A DNA stretch of 64,000 nucleotides. Origin: Leucoraja erinacea (Eukaryota). This document shows positions 23,548 to 38,093 of this stretch, one piece after another (position 1 is the stretch's first letter; every line of letters starts with the position of its first letter). Under the pieces are notes generated by a model. That model was given only the letters and a program-made list of their open reading frames with translations, did not search any database and was not told the origin of the DNA. The translations under genes and the position numbers were made by a program. Location: positions 8,866,001 through 8,930,000 of the forward strand of contig NC_073415.1 in NCBI RefSeq assembly GCF_028641065.1, given 5' to 3'.

Positions 23548-26500
23548 CTGCAGACACAAAGGCAACATGTGTAGGAAGGAACTGCAAGTGCTGGTTTAAA
23601 CCGAAGGTAGACGCAAAATGCTGAAGTGACTCAGCGGGACAGGCAGCATCTCTGGAGAGAAGGAATGGGTGAAGGATCTCAACCCGAAACGTCACCCATT
23701 CCTTCTCTCCAGAAATGCTGCTTGTCCTGCTGAGTTACTCCAGGTTTTTTGTGTCTACGTCTCAAAGGCAACATATTTGTAAGCTTTATTTCCTCAAGGT
23801 GAGTTTACTTAGTTTAGAAATACGCGGGCATGTGGGTATAGTACAGTCTGAAGAAGGGTTTCGACCTGAAACGTTGCCTATTTCCTTCGCTCCATAGATG
23901 CTGCTGCACCCGCTGAGTTTGACCAGCATTTTTTTGTACCTGTAGCTGAGACATGTTGGGTAGTGTGGGCAAGTTGGGCTGAAGGGCCCGTTTCCACGCT
24001 GTACCACTCTATGACAGCTTCTAATTGAGATTAAACAAGGCCTCACTCACCCTGCGGATGTCCTCCATGGAGTCCATGTTGAAGAAGTCGAGGCTGCGGG
24101 TCCCGTACAGAAGGCCCTTGTCATGAGCTGTCTGAGTGCTGAGGGTATCAAAGATCTCCCCGAGCAGGTCCATATCCTCTATCTGCAGGAGCTCATCACT
24201 GACCGTATCCAGGGAGCTGTCCTGCCCATCTTCATCACAGGTGGACCTGCACAAGTCAAGCAAATGATCAGCATCAATAGTAGGATTGTAAGTTTCAGGA
24301 TGAAGTGTATCACCTCCAGAGGACGTTGGGCAGAGAAGTTACAAACATGGTGTGCAGGGAGGAACTGCAGATGCTGGTTTATATCAAAGATAGACACAAA
24401 ATGCTGGAGTAACTCGGCGGGACAGGCAGCATCTCTGGAGAGAAGGAATGGATGACGTTTCGGGTCAAGACCCTTCTTCAGACTCCTGATAAAGGGTCTT
24501 GACCCGAAACGTCACCTATACCTTTTCCCAAGTACAAAAATGGTAACTAAATCCCCTTAACAGTGGGCCCCATATTCATGTCAATGGAATGGGGAACTAC
24601 AGTCCAAAGGCCATAGGGGTGGGGAAACTGGATGTGCCTCCCACTTGATGTGACAATGATAGGAGAGGAGTCTGCTTCTGTCCCGGGCAATAGGTCAGGA
24701 TGCAAGGGTAACAAAGATGTATGTACTTTTAATCGTTCCAGGTGCGACAGAGGTTTACCTGCATCTCTTCCAACCTCATCTATTGCGTCCGCTGCTCTAG
24801 ATGTCAGCAGATCTATATTGGTGAGACCAAGCGGAGGTTGGGCGATCGTTTCGCCGAACACCTCCGCTCGGTCCGCAATAACCAAGCTGACCTCCCGGTG
24901 GCTCAGCACTTCAACTCCCCCTCCCACTCCGTCTCCGACCTCTCTGTCCTGGGTCTCCTCCATGGCCACAGCCACAGCGAGCAGCACCTCATATTCCGTT
25001 TGGGGAGTCTGCACCCCAGGGGCATGAACATCGAATTCTCCCAATTTTGTTAGTCCTTGCTGTCTCCTCCCCTTCCTCAGTCCCCCTGCTGTCTCCTCCC
25101 ATCCCCCAGCCTTCGGGCTCCTCCTCCTTTTCCCTTTCTTGTCCCCACCCACCCCCGCCCCCCGATCAGTCTGAAGAAGGGTTTCGGCCCGAAACGTTGC
25201 CTATTTCCTTCGCTCCATAGATGCTGCTGCACCCGCTGAGTTTCTCCAGCTTTTTTGTGTGTAACCTTCGATTCTCCAGCATCTGCAGTTCCCTCTTAAA
25301 CAAAGATGTATGTACTTTGGGAAGAGGTGGGTCATCCGGAGGGGAATGGAGGGGAAGATGTTACCTGTCTGTCTCAGTGGCGAGAGATCCATCGATGTTC
25401 GTGTAGTGGCGATTTGGCCGTCGAGGACGAGACTGGAGGAGAAATGGTGAAAATATAAAACGGGGCGGGAAGGGGCTGGAACATACATGTATCTATCTGA
25501 TAGAATAATCCACCTTTACCAATGGCACCTTGTAGCTGGGGAACCACTCACTTAATATATATTTATGGTTTAGTTTAGAGATACAGTGGGGGAACAGCCG
25601 ACCAGCAATCCCACACACACACACAGGATCCTACACACACTTGGGACAATTTACTATTATACCAAGCCAATTAATCTACAAACCTGTATGGATTTGGAGC
25701 ATGGGAGGAAACTGGAGAAAACCCACGCAGTACAAACTCCGCATAGACACAGCGCCCATAGACAGCATTGAACCCAGGTCTCTGGCGCAGTAAGGCCACG
25801 GTGCCACTCTCCATATACAAAACCTCCATAAAGTTAAATTAAATTCCGAGTTCCAGGTACCCAAGGCATTACATGGCCTTTATCTGGGAGCCATATTCTC
25901 AGGTCAATATCTTGTGAACCAGGAATGTTTAAGAAGGAACTGCAGATGCTGGAAAAATCGAAGGTAGACAAAAATGCTGGAGAAACTCAGCGGGTGAGGC
26001 AGCATCTATGGAGCGAAGGAATAGGTGACGGTTCGGGTCGAGACCCGAAACGTCACCTATTCCTTCGCTCCATAGATGCTGCCTCACCCGCTGAGTTTCT
26101 CCAGCATTTTTGTCTACCTTGTGAACCAGGAAAGTTTCCAGCCTGGAAAAATATTCAAGTCCCAGGTTGTCAGGTTGGTGACAAGTTCTTCTCCCACATC
26201 AATCTCAATTTTGGAGGTAATTTGTCATTTTCAGGGGTACAGCTTGCATGGCTCTTTTATCCAATGCCAGATGCCCAGGAATTAAGATAGAGATATGCCA
26301 TTTATTGTCACTACACATGTACAGTGAAACTGAAAGCTGCTCGTACTCAGTGCATACATACAATTTAGCACAAAAAACAAGAAACAGAAAAAACAAAAAA
26401 CAGAAGGGAGATGGGGGGGGGAATAGGTGCACAAATTCTGCGAATACAACTCTTCTGGTTGCCTTGTAGCGAGGGAGATCATGAAGGAGAAATAGCTGAG

Positions 26501-29500
26501 AACACACACCCTTGACTGGCAGCCAAGCATCTTTCCTCAGAAACAGAGCTGAGGACCCGTGTAGGAAGGAAGTGCAGGTTTACATCAAAGACAGAAACAG
26601 AAATGCTGGAGTATAATCAGCATCTCTGGAGAGAAGGAATAGGTGACGTTTTGGGTTGAGACCCTTCCTCGGGCTGAGAGTCGGGGGAGAGGGAATCTAG
26701 AGATACGAAAAGCTACAAACAATAAATGAATGAAAGGCATGAAAAGAACAAATCTAAGGCAGCACTGATGATCAGGGAAAGGTGGAGCCCACAATGGTCC
26801 ATTATTGGTTGTAGATAAGATGATAACGAGTGGATACAAACAGTAAAACTTATGTGATGCTTTCTCCAGTCAAATCACTTACTACCAATGACTATATTGC
26901 CAATATTAAGTTGTTTGGTGAGGCACTAAAGCAGCATTGAGCAGTATTGGAAAGCAAGATCAGGAAAATACAGACACAGAAAGCCTGATGATTGTTCTTG
27001 CTGTGTGTCCAAATGCCCCCATAATAGAGCCTCCTTACTTGACCAAAGTGCTGGGTGATGGGTAGGCGGTTCTGTAAGCTCTCTGTCTGGATGTGCCGCT
27101 GATGGACGGGTTGATACCGGAGCGAACCGCCGCGCTGTAACTCTCGTTCATCACCCAGGTCCTGGAAATCAAACAGCAATCAGCACCGTGGCACCTGGCT
27201 GCAAGACGGCCACAAGACGATCGATGACTCTAAGGTGAATGGCCAAGCTAGGCTCCTCCACATTCACACACTGCTTGTTTCCACAGAGTGCAGGAAGGAA
27301 CTGCAGATGCTGGTTTACACCGTAGATAGACATACAATGTTGGTGTATGTTGTACTCCAGTGAGACAGGCAGCACCTCTGGATAGAAGGAATCGGTGACC
27401 CTTCACCCGAAACGTCACCCATTCCTTCTCTCCAGAGATGCTGCCTGTCCTGCTGAGTTACTCCAGCATTTTGTGTCTATCTTGTTTGCACAGTAATGGG
27501 TCTGGCAGGCATAGACTAAAACACAGCCACAGCCGATATCATTAGGCTTGTATGCATTAAAGGCGGTTGTGTTTCAAGTTACTAACGCAGATACACAAAG
27601 TTTACAAAGGACAGGAAGTAGCCAGGGTGCGATAAAGGCACTGGTGAGAGTGTTTCAGCACAAGCTGAGATGGGCAGGTAGGCAACCTTCCTGACTGAAC
27701 AGATAACAGGTTGGAAGTTAGTGCCTTGTTTGGCTTCAGTGACTTGCGAGCAGAGCACCAAGGCGAATTCCTTGTATGTGTACATATTTGGCCAATAAAC
27801 TTATTTGTTCATTCATTCGGTTGTAAACAACGAGGGAGGGGAGAGAACATAGCATTTGTAGCAAAGAGTGATGGCAATGGGTTCAATCTTTCAAACAGTT
27901 AATGGCAGCTCATCTAGAATTGGACATTGAACAATGCAGAGGTGATGGAGGAGATGGGAGAGCTGGGTGACATCTGAATACTTGGGAAGCTGAACGCCTG
28001 TCTTCAAGTGATATTGAAGGACAACATATTGTTGAGGAAAGGGAGCGTCTAGTTGAGAGATACAGTGTGCAAACAGGCCATTCGTCCCCACCTAGTCTGT
28101 GCTGACCAGTGATCCCGTTACACTAGCACACACTACACATTAGGGTCAATTTATACTAAGGCCATGGACTGGACTCTGGGAAAGTTGTAAGAAAACCCTG
28201 GAGTCATGTTTACAACTTGTTAAAGCTCGGATGGGGATTTACGAAAAAGTTATAAGATTACTTGCATAAGAGGGGAAAAAAAGGTTCACCAGTACCTTGT
28301 GCTTCAGACGATTTTTCATTCCCTTCAGGCCCAATTTAGCATGACCTTTAGCCTGGAAATAATAATGACAGCATTAATAGTTCTGTATCTCAAAAACCAT
28401 TGACTCATCCTCTCTCGGCCCCTGATTCCATCGCCATTGATCCATGGTCCTCATCTCCTCATCTGCAATCTTCTAATTCACCCTCTCCTCCCTCACTCTT
28501 CTTTCATCTCCAATCCTGATCCCAAATCTTATCTTTATTGCTCTGTTGGCAAAACAGCACTCATGTCTTCCAACCAACAAGAGATTCCATTTACATATGA
28601 TCATAAATTTGTTTGTAAGTTAGTCATTGAATTCTCCCTTTTGCTCTTTACAAAAAATAAGTGCACAATCCTTCTCACTGATTTTTTTTTTCTCTGCACA
28701 ATATTTCCCCCCACAACCCTATATCCCTTGAAACCATTATCCCTAAGAGCTCTATCTAACTCTCTCTTGAAAACATTCAGTGCATTGGCCTCCACTGCCT
28801 TCTGTGGCAGAGAATTCCACAGATTCGCAACTCTTTGGCTGAAAATGTTTTTCCTCATCTCAGTCCTAAATGGCCTACCTCTTTTTCTTAAACTGTGACC
28901 CCTGGTTCTGGACTCCCCCAACATCAGGAAAAAAATTCCTGCATCTAGCTTGTCCAACCCTTAAGAATTTTACATGTTTCTATAAGTTCCCTCTCATCCT
29001 TTTAAATTCCGGCGAATATGGAATTTAGAAAGAATGTTCAGGTCGAGACCCTTCAGACCCTTTTATTCCTACCATTCAGGTCTCATAAATTCATGTTCCT
29101 AAGTTATAGGATCAGAATAATGCCATTCGGCCCATCAAGTCTACTCTGCCATTCAATCAAGGCTGATCTATCTTTCCCTCTCAATCCCATTCTCCTGCCT
29201 TCTCCCCATAGTCACCCATTCCTTCTATCCAGAAATGCTGCCTGTCCCGCTGATTTACTCCAGCATTTGGTTTCCAAACTAAATGCTTGCAGGATTCATG
29301 ACTGTACTTCCTTTAGTGCAAGGTCCTGAACACTTCAAAAATGCATTGCTGGCTGAACATCCGAGATTGTGAATTGCAAGTTCTTTGATGTAAGTAATGA
29401 TGAGTTGTTTCAGGCTGAGAGATTGCACTATTTTTCAGATCGCCACAATTGTAAACACTCCTGGCCATTAGCCCATTTAAACAGCTCTTTGATGTCAGTT

Positions 29501-32500
29501 GTCAAGGGTCATGGTGACCCCATAGTGTGAAGGCTCCAGTAGTTCCTCAGTACTTACAAAGTTATACATGTTCTTCATAGCTGGATTGGCTTTAGTTTTC
29601 ACGGTGTGGATCAGGGCCCCGCCACCTCTCTGCACATAAACAGAGTGAGTCAGGTCTCACTTCATTATTAAGCTCCCACATTCCTCCAAACTTATTAACT
29701 TTCTCCATTCTCCAGGTTTCAGCTTCACAAGTTTCAGGTATTTCACTCTCTCCACTGGAGTAAACCCCTGCGATTAATTATGCTCAAGGCTCTCATCACC
29801 ATCCATTTGGCCAAAACTGCCCTCAGCTCTTGTAAATAGGTGGTATCTCTGTACCAATGCATACGTCTTCCACATCAGGTGTTTCCACATCACCTCTTTC
29901 CTTCCAATACCCTGTCCCTCCATTATTTCTCCTCTTGAGCTCCATACACCACCTCGCCCTCATCTCCTCCTTTCCCTTCATTCACATTTTCCCTCCATCC
30001 TCCCTACACTTTTGTTCCTACCATTCACATCTCATAAATACCCAAGTAGAATGAGGCCATTTGGCCCATTAATTCCATGCCACAATTCCATCATGGCTGA
30101 TCTATCCCTCCCTCCTCACCCCATTCTCCTGCCTTCTCCCCATAACCCCCTGACACCCGTACTAATCAAGAAACTATCTCTTGCTCTTGCCCTCATTCTC
30201 TTCCCCTTTACTCCATACATCTCTATTTCTCCTCTGTGAGTGTCCCAACTCTCAGTTTTTAATCAACAGGTTTCCATTTACCTTTACGTTTTGCTTCCAT
30301 AGCTGATACATCTTGGAGGAGCCTGGGGAATGAGCAGGGACACAAAGTTAATGCTCACCAATGTGAAGGGAAGGGCCAGCGGAGGGAAGCAGCTCGTTAC
30401 CTGTGTTGGTTCGTGTGAGAACTCACTCACGATGCTCAGCCCTCACCTGAAGAATAACCGCCCAGATTAACCTCCTCCTCGAATACATCTGTCAACAGTT
30501 TGCCCTCGTTAAGCTTTTCCAACCGATTATCTATAAACTGAATGAAAATGAAAGAAGAAAGAAAATTGAATGTGAGCAGAGCTGCGGAGAAAAGAGCAAA
30601 AGAAGAATTAATGGCAGATTGAATGGATTGAAATGGTTAAGGCCATTTCCTTTGATTACATGGATCTGGGAGGAAGAGAGGGAGGTCAGTGGAAGGTGTT
30701 AAAATATAAAATTGGCTTTGAGAGTGAAGGAAAGCTTCTTTGCTTGTTGGGTTGCTGGATGTTTTTCTACACCAACCAACATGCCCCATCTAGGATAGAC
30801 ATAAAATGCTGAAATAACTCAGCGGGACAGGCAATATCTCTGGAGAAAAGGAATGTGTGACATTTCGGGTTGAGACCCTTCTTCAGACTCATTTCTTGTT
30901 CCATCCAGGCCCACATCCCTCTAAATCTTTAGGCAGAGACCATTAAATCTTGAAACACAGGCCAAATACTCATAAGGATTTGGTACGTGGATAGGACAGG
31001 TTTGGAGGGATATGGGCCAAATGCAGGCAGGTGGGACTAGTGCAGTGGGGACATGTTGGCCGGTGTGGGCAAGTTGGGCTGAAGGGCCTGTTTCCACACT
31101 GTATCACTCTATGACTATAAAGGAAGGATGAAGAATAAAGGAAGACAACACAGTAGGATTATTTAGGGATTGTTCTAGAATGTGTGGAAATGTGTGATCT
31201 CTTGAAACAATGAACGATGGAGGAGTTGAATATTGTCAGCATCACTGAGGGAGTGTTTAGTTTAGAGATACAGTGCAGAAACAGGCCCACTGAGTCCACG
31301 CCGACCAGCGATCCCCGCATATTAACACCATCCTGCACGCACTAGTGACAATTTTTACATTTACCTACGAACCTGCACGTCTTTGGAGTGTGGGAGGAAA
31401 CAGAAGATCTCGGTGAAAACTCACGCAGGTCATGGGGAGAACGTACAAACTACATACAGACAGCACCTGTCGTCGGGTTGGAACCCGGGTCTCCGGCGCT
31501 GCAAGCATTGCAAAACAGCGAATCTACCACCGAGTGTTGAACGGAGAGTGGCACCAATGAGCCTGAACAAGATTCCGATCCGGATAGACCTCTGGTCTCT
31601 GCCTCTCAGCAAGTCTCACCTGTTTGAACAGCTGAAGGTGCACAGCGTGCTGCAGGAAGTTCTTCATCGAGCTGGCTTTGTGACTCACAAATGTCTCCTC
31701 ACAAAACGTAACTGGTTCCCCCTGAGCAGACAGAAAGAAAACATGCACCAGCAGCTTCACCTTCACTCCTATCTTCCTTTAAGGCTGCCTTAGATAGTGT
31801 CAGTCAGAGGCCACAGTACGGAGGGTGGCCATTCAGCCCATTGAGTCCCTACCAGCTCTTTTGAAAGAGGTCCACAATTAGCCCCACTTCTCCGAACATT
31901 CCCGTTAGGTTGCAAACTTTCACATTTTTAACTATTTGCGCATTTCCCTTTGGAAACTTCTGTTCATTTTCATAACTTTTCTGTATCACAACATCATCAA
32001 CATTGTGAGATACTTTTCTCAGCCTTAGGATGTCACAGGGGGTCAACAAACTATGACTTAATAAAAAACATCACGTTGAATTGTAGGAAAAGTGATGATC
32101 CAACACATAGTGGCTTCTCAAGGTATCTATATTCAATATACAGTATCAGGGAGTGATACAGTATGGGTTGCCTCCTATTCCAGACCATGTAGGGAGATGC
32201 TTCTCTCAGTCTAGAACAAGGCTGCCCAACCTGGGTTAAATTTACCCGCAGGAGGTAAATTTCACCTACCCAGAGAGTAAATGTGTCAATTCTGGATTTG
32301 TACATATGATTTCTCATTGACTGACTGTGTTTGGATCTGGTATACCGGTATCTGTTCATCATTAGTTGTTCATAAATAAGCCAAATAACATTGTTATGTG
32401 CTATTAAAGTTGCCCGGGGTAAGCGGGACGAACAAGGTTGGAAACCCCTGGTCTCTAACAAGATGCTGCAGGAGGCCATTTCAATTCCCCCACTTCATAT

Positions 32501-32659
32501 TCTTCTTTCTATTTTCAGTCATGCTTTGTAGATTCATAGTAAATCTGATCCGTTTGCATAACATGCAAAACAATGATTTTCACTGAATCTCGGCACACGT
32601 GACAATTGTAAACCAAAACTTCCTAACCTTCTATTCTTGAGCCTCATTGTCTCTCAGGT

Positions 32660-32696
<37 letters not shown>

Positions 32697-35600
32697 GGGT
32701 ATGGGGCGAAGGCAGGAGAATAGGGTTGAGAGTCAAAGATAGATCAGCCATGATTGAATGGCGGACTAGACCTGATCCTGGACACTCACAGGATTGAACT
32801 CGAGGGCATCCTGGTAGCTTCCAAAGATTGCAGCTTGCGTCCTCAGAAAAGCATGGGACACCACATCTCCAGTCACTGCTGACTGCTTCTTCAACTTCAT
32901 CTTCAGAACAGACATCTGCGGTGAAACAAACAAGATGTCACACAGTTGGTGAAAAGAGAGAGACATCACTGATGAATTGCAGTCGGAGCTTTGAAAAAAT
33001 TCACACCCCGATCAATTCAGAAATAATTTTGCCCTCAGGTGGCCATGTGCTGTATCACCTCCATATTAAGTCCTGTTCCTGCAACCTGTAACTTGCCCCA
33101 CCAACACCATGTATCTGAAGAAGGATCTTCATGTCTGAAGAAGGGTCTCGACCAGAAACGTCACCCATTCCTTCTCTCCAGAGATGCTGCCTGTCCCGCT
33201 GAATTACTCCAGCATTTTGTGTCTATCTTCGATTTAAACCAGCATCTGCTGTTCCTTCCAACAACATGTATCTATCGCTCCCCATTTCATCACCACACCA
33301 TCTCCCACCCCTACACAGTGATCTGTGCAATGATGGAATGAATTGTAGCAATCTTTTTACTTGCATAGGTGTTCAGTGATCAAGTCCAAAATACTCCCTA
33401 TTAAATAAAGCCTGTTCCCCAGCCAGCGGTGCATTCAGCCATTGGGAAGGGCAAGGTAGGGAGTTTAAACCAGTGCACATAATAACCCAGTCAAGGAGCA
33501 CCACATGCTGCTGACTATCTGGCTGCTTATTTGCACTCTTGGTAGCAAGAGAGAGAAGACAGAACAGTATTTTCCAATTATTGAACTTTGACTATAGATC
33601 CTAGTCAGCTATACCAATAACCATAGTTCCTATATCTCTGAAAAATGTTGGCATTAACTGCTGCTCTGTCTTCCACTTGTTACCTAGAGTGCAAAGAAGC
33701 AGCCAGATCGCCTGCGGTATGTGTTGCCCCTTGGCTGGGCTTTATGTGCCCAGGATAATGTGGAGTAGAGAACTTGGTGACATCTGGGATTATTACTGAT
33801 GACAGGCACACAGTGCTGGAGTAACCTAGCGAGTCTCGACCCAAAACTTCACCCATCCCTTTTCTCCATAGAAGCTGCCTGAGTTACTCCAGCACTTTGT
33901 GTCTATCTTCGGTATAAACCAGCATCTGCGGTTCCTTTCTACACATCATTACTGATGAATTTTGTTCCATGCAAAATAATGTAAGACCTTCTGTTGAAGG
34001 GGTCAGAGTATTGTAATGGAGAGGAAAGTGAAAGACATGTCACTAGTTAGCAAGAGAGTTATCTCTATATTTAATACATGGTGTCAGAGAGTAAGATGGA
34101 TAAAATCACCATTCTCGGTTGGGTGGGAAATGCTTCTCAGAGTCACGGTCAAGATACAGAAAGGAGATAATGTTCTCAGCGAAGAACCATTGGGTGTGGA
34201 TTTACTGCAGTCTGTGTTGTGAACTCCAAAGATGTAGAGGTTTGTAGGCTAATTGGCTTGGTATAACTATAAAATTGATGTAAAGTTGGTCCCTAATGCG
34301 TGCCAATGTGCGGGGATCGCTGGTCGGTGTGGACTCGATGGGCCGAAGGGCCTGTTTCCGCGCTGTACCTCTAAAATTAAACAAAACTCACCACGTCAGT
34401 CGGCAAATTTTCCAGGTCATTGAAGGGTGACTCCAAGGTATTTGTGTCAACGTTTAATATGACCACATCCTCCAGGGCTTTGTTCCTCACCCTCTGCAAG
34501 AGAAAGGCACATCCTGGGGGACACAAACTTTCAACAACTATCTTCTCCTATTGGCTTTGGGAAACCCAGGTACCTCTCTGAGAATGTAGGCTCAAAAGTG
34601 CTGGAGTAACTCAGCGGGACAGGCAGCTTCTCTGGAGAGAAGGAATGGGTGACGTTTCGGGTCGAGACCCTTCATCAGACTGAATGAACCCATTTGAGCA
34701 GACTAGTGCTAATCAACATCCTAAACATGACAGACCTCATTGTAATGCCTCGTATATTTCAATTTTCTTTATGACATAGTAAAATACGGTTTAGCCGGTC
34801 ATGTTTCTGCTTGCTCTTAGAGCTGTCCCACTACTCCCATTCCACTCTTCCCTTATTTACCTGCAGCCTCTCTTAAATGCCCATTAACATTCCCTTGATT
34901 GCTCCAGCACCCACTCACGCTAGGATTAATTTAAGGAGCCAATTAACCTGATGACCAGCGCTCCTTTGGGATGTGGGAGGAAACCTGAATAGTTAGGGGG
35001 AGAACGTGCAAATTCCCCATACTCTGCGTCATGAGTCAGAAGTGAATCAGGATACCAGAGCTGTGGCAGCCTTAACGGCCTGTCCCACTTTCACCATTCA
35101 TGAATTCTCCCGAGTTTTCCCCTTGATTCAAACTCAGAATGTTTGTAACGAGTCCGTAGATATATCGTAGCGGCTCGTTATGCCAGCCATAGGTACTCGT
35201 GGCATCATGTAAGTCGGGACTTTTTTTCCAGCCTGATAAAAAATGTCCAAGAGTAAAAAAATGGTCAGGATGAAAGAAATTGTAACTCTTTACTCGTAAG
35301 GAGGGCATCGAAATAGTGGTGGGAATTTGTAGACATACTCGCAGGAGTTCGTGAACTTTGTCGTGGAAGGTCGCAGTAGTTTGTAGATTACCACAATCTT
35401 GTTTTTTTTTCAGGTCCTTTAAACTCGGCAGAGGTATTGAATTAAGTTGTGAAAGTGGGACAGGCCCTTTACTCTCGACGTGTGGGAATTCTCACCCCTA
35501 TTCAGATCAATGAGGTTCTCGTCTGGAAAGCTGATTGCACGTAATAACTACTGACCATGACTTTGAGAGCGGTTGAGTGTAAAATCCCCAAACAGGAGTT

Positions 35601-38062
35601 ACTAAATTCTGTTTCAGAATGTGAAGTCGCCTTGGAAAAGAATAATGTTTGCAGACACAAATGTAGTTAGACAATGATAAAGTTTACACTTACCTCCATT
35701 AGACTGGAATGAATCCCTATTAGGTACGGCATTGGAGCGCTGCGGAAGACAAAAAGATAAACTTTTAACAGATTTACTTCTTTTAGTTTAGCTTAGAGAT
35801 ACAGCAGGGAAACAGGCCCTTCGTCCAACCGAGTCTGTGCCGACCAGCGATCCCCGCACACTAATACTATCCTACACACACTAGGGACAATTTTACAACT
35901 TACCAAAGCCAATTGGCTTACAAATCTGTACGTCTTGGCATGTGGGCGGAAACCAGAGCACCTGGAGAAAACCCACGCAGGTCACGGGGAGAATGTCCAA
36001 ACTCCATACAGACAGCACCCGTGGTCAGGATCAAACCCGGGTCTCTGGCGCTGTAAACCAGCAACTCAACCACTGTGCCACCATGCTGCTCCATTCTGTT
36101 CTATTTCTACAAGAACTTACATCTAATAACACGTTGGTGATTTAGACTCATTGTCGAATGGAATTTTACTGGTTCAGAATTAATGGGCTAGTATCAAGCT
36201 ATGGACTCGGATTCAGTTTATAGTTTTGCCTCCTCTGCTGATTAGCAGTGGGTAGAGAATTACATTGTGAGCTAATTGTCATTCTGAAAAGCCTCCACGA
36301 TAGCCAGCTTAATCTAAAACGTTGTGGGCGTGCACCCAATTCTACCTAGGAATACGAGAGGCTTGTGCACTAATGTCACTTGCTGTTTGCTGTCTCTACC
36401 ATTACAACCAACTATGAAAGACATAAAGGGAATCTTACCAGCAGTAGTCGAGGAGGTGTGGAGGGAGCACAGGGATGTATATGTGTTGCCAGTACATGGG
36501 ATAAAGCATTGCAGACGAACCGTGCACACAAGCCGTTAACTGTGGATGAGGAAGAAAATAACATGTTCAACAAATCGGGCTCAGTAGTCAGGGAAGGAAG
36601 AACAATGAAGGAGCTGGCGTGGGGGTGAGGGGGAGAACAAACGACAATGGAGCAACCGCTGTGGGGGTGGGGGAGAACAAAGGAGGAACTGTAAGTCCCC
36701 ATCCCACTTTCACGACCTAATTCGCGACCTCTGACGACCTTAAACAACCTATTAAAACAAAACACGGTCGCGGTAACCTACGACTACGTCTACAGCCTAT
36801 GACTGCGACCCTAGGTGGCCGCTATTTGCATATTGTGTTACATATTTCACTGTGCCTTGTCACATGTGACAATAAAGCATTCCATTCCATCGTGCTGCTT
36901 TTTCAACCACGATATTGGTACAAACAAAAAGCTGGAGTAACTCAGCGGGGCAGGCAGCATCTCTGGAGAAAAGGGATAGGTTTTGGGTCGAGACCCTCTT
37001 CAGTGTCTTATAACAAGCTGTTTGCCTATAACTCATTGTATTTCATAGATTATCTAATGATTCGATGAATACCTTTTCATACCTCTAGTTTCCGGACTAT
37101 CTTTAATCAGACTTCACTGGACTTCATCTTGCACTGAACGTTATTCCCTTTCTCCTGTATCTTTACATTGTGGATGGTCTGAATGTAATCATGTATTGCA
37201 TTTTCGCCGACAGGTTAACATGCAAGCAAAGCTTTTCTCTGTACCTCGGTCCACGTGACAAACTACACTACACTGGGCTACACTACACTGGGCTTGCTTC
37301 CCACCCCACTGCGCCCGGCACATACCGTACTCAGTTTACTGCTAGTGATGATAATGCGTCTCTCATGCAGCATGCTGGCGAAGAGATGCAGCATGCTGTT
37401 CACATCAACAGCAACCACGTATTCTGTCAGGTTTCTCTGTAACACACAGAAAGTTTACACACAGTGCAAACATATACAAAATGTTAATAATACAATGTCG
37501 ACCATGCGTGGAATCATTTCTCAGTGTTGGAATGAACCTTTTCCCCCCCACATTATCCACCCCTTTTCTCACTACAATTTCAACTGACAAAATCCTCCAC
37601 CCTCAGTGCTACATCGTTGAATCCCAATATTTAGTTTAGTTTAGAGATACAGCGAGGAAACAGGCCCTTTGGCCCATTGAGTTCATGCTGCCCAGCGATC
37701 TGCACACCTTAACACTATCCTACACACACTAGAGATAATTTACATTTATACCAAGCTAATTAGCATACAATCCTGTATGTCTCCTGAGAGAACAGAAGCA
37801 CCCGGTGAAACCCCCACAGGGAGAGGGGGAGCAAAGTGATAGAGATGACAGCGAATCAGTAATTGGTTACAAGTTTCTTCAGTGGGTTAGGGGGAGAAAG
37901 AAAGAAAGACCCAAATCAGTAAATCAACCGTCTCCTGACAGGTGTTTGCTAAACTTGGACTAACTAAAATGGCCAGCCTGCCCACAAGGTGTTAGCATGG
38001 ATCCATGGATCAACCACCCAGTCTCAAAGCAGCTCTCCTGCCCTCCTCCCCCCAGCTCCCCC

Positions 38063-38093
<31 letters not shown>

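Noticed and set aside
32660-32696. Long poly-G/C runs (also about 38048-38077, 46384-46408 and 54166-54198) as functional elements
   Set aside because: Mostly inside or beside repeats, and homopolymer lengths are prone to sequencing error
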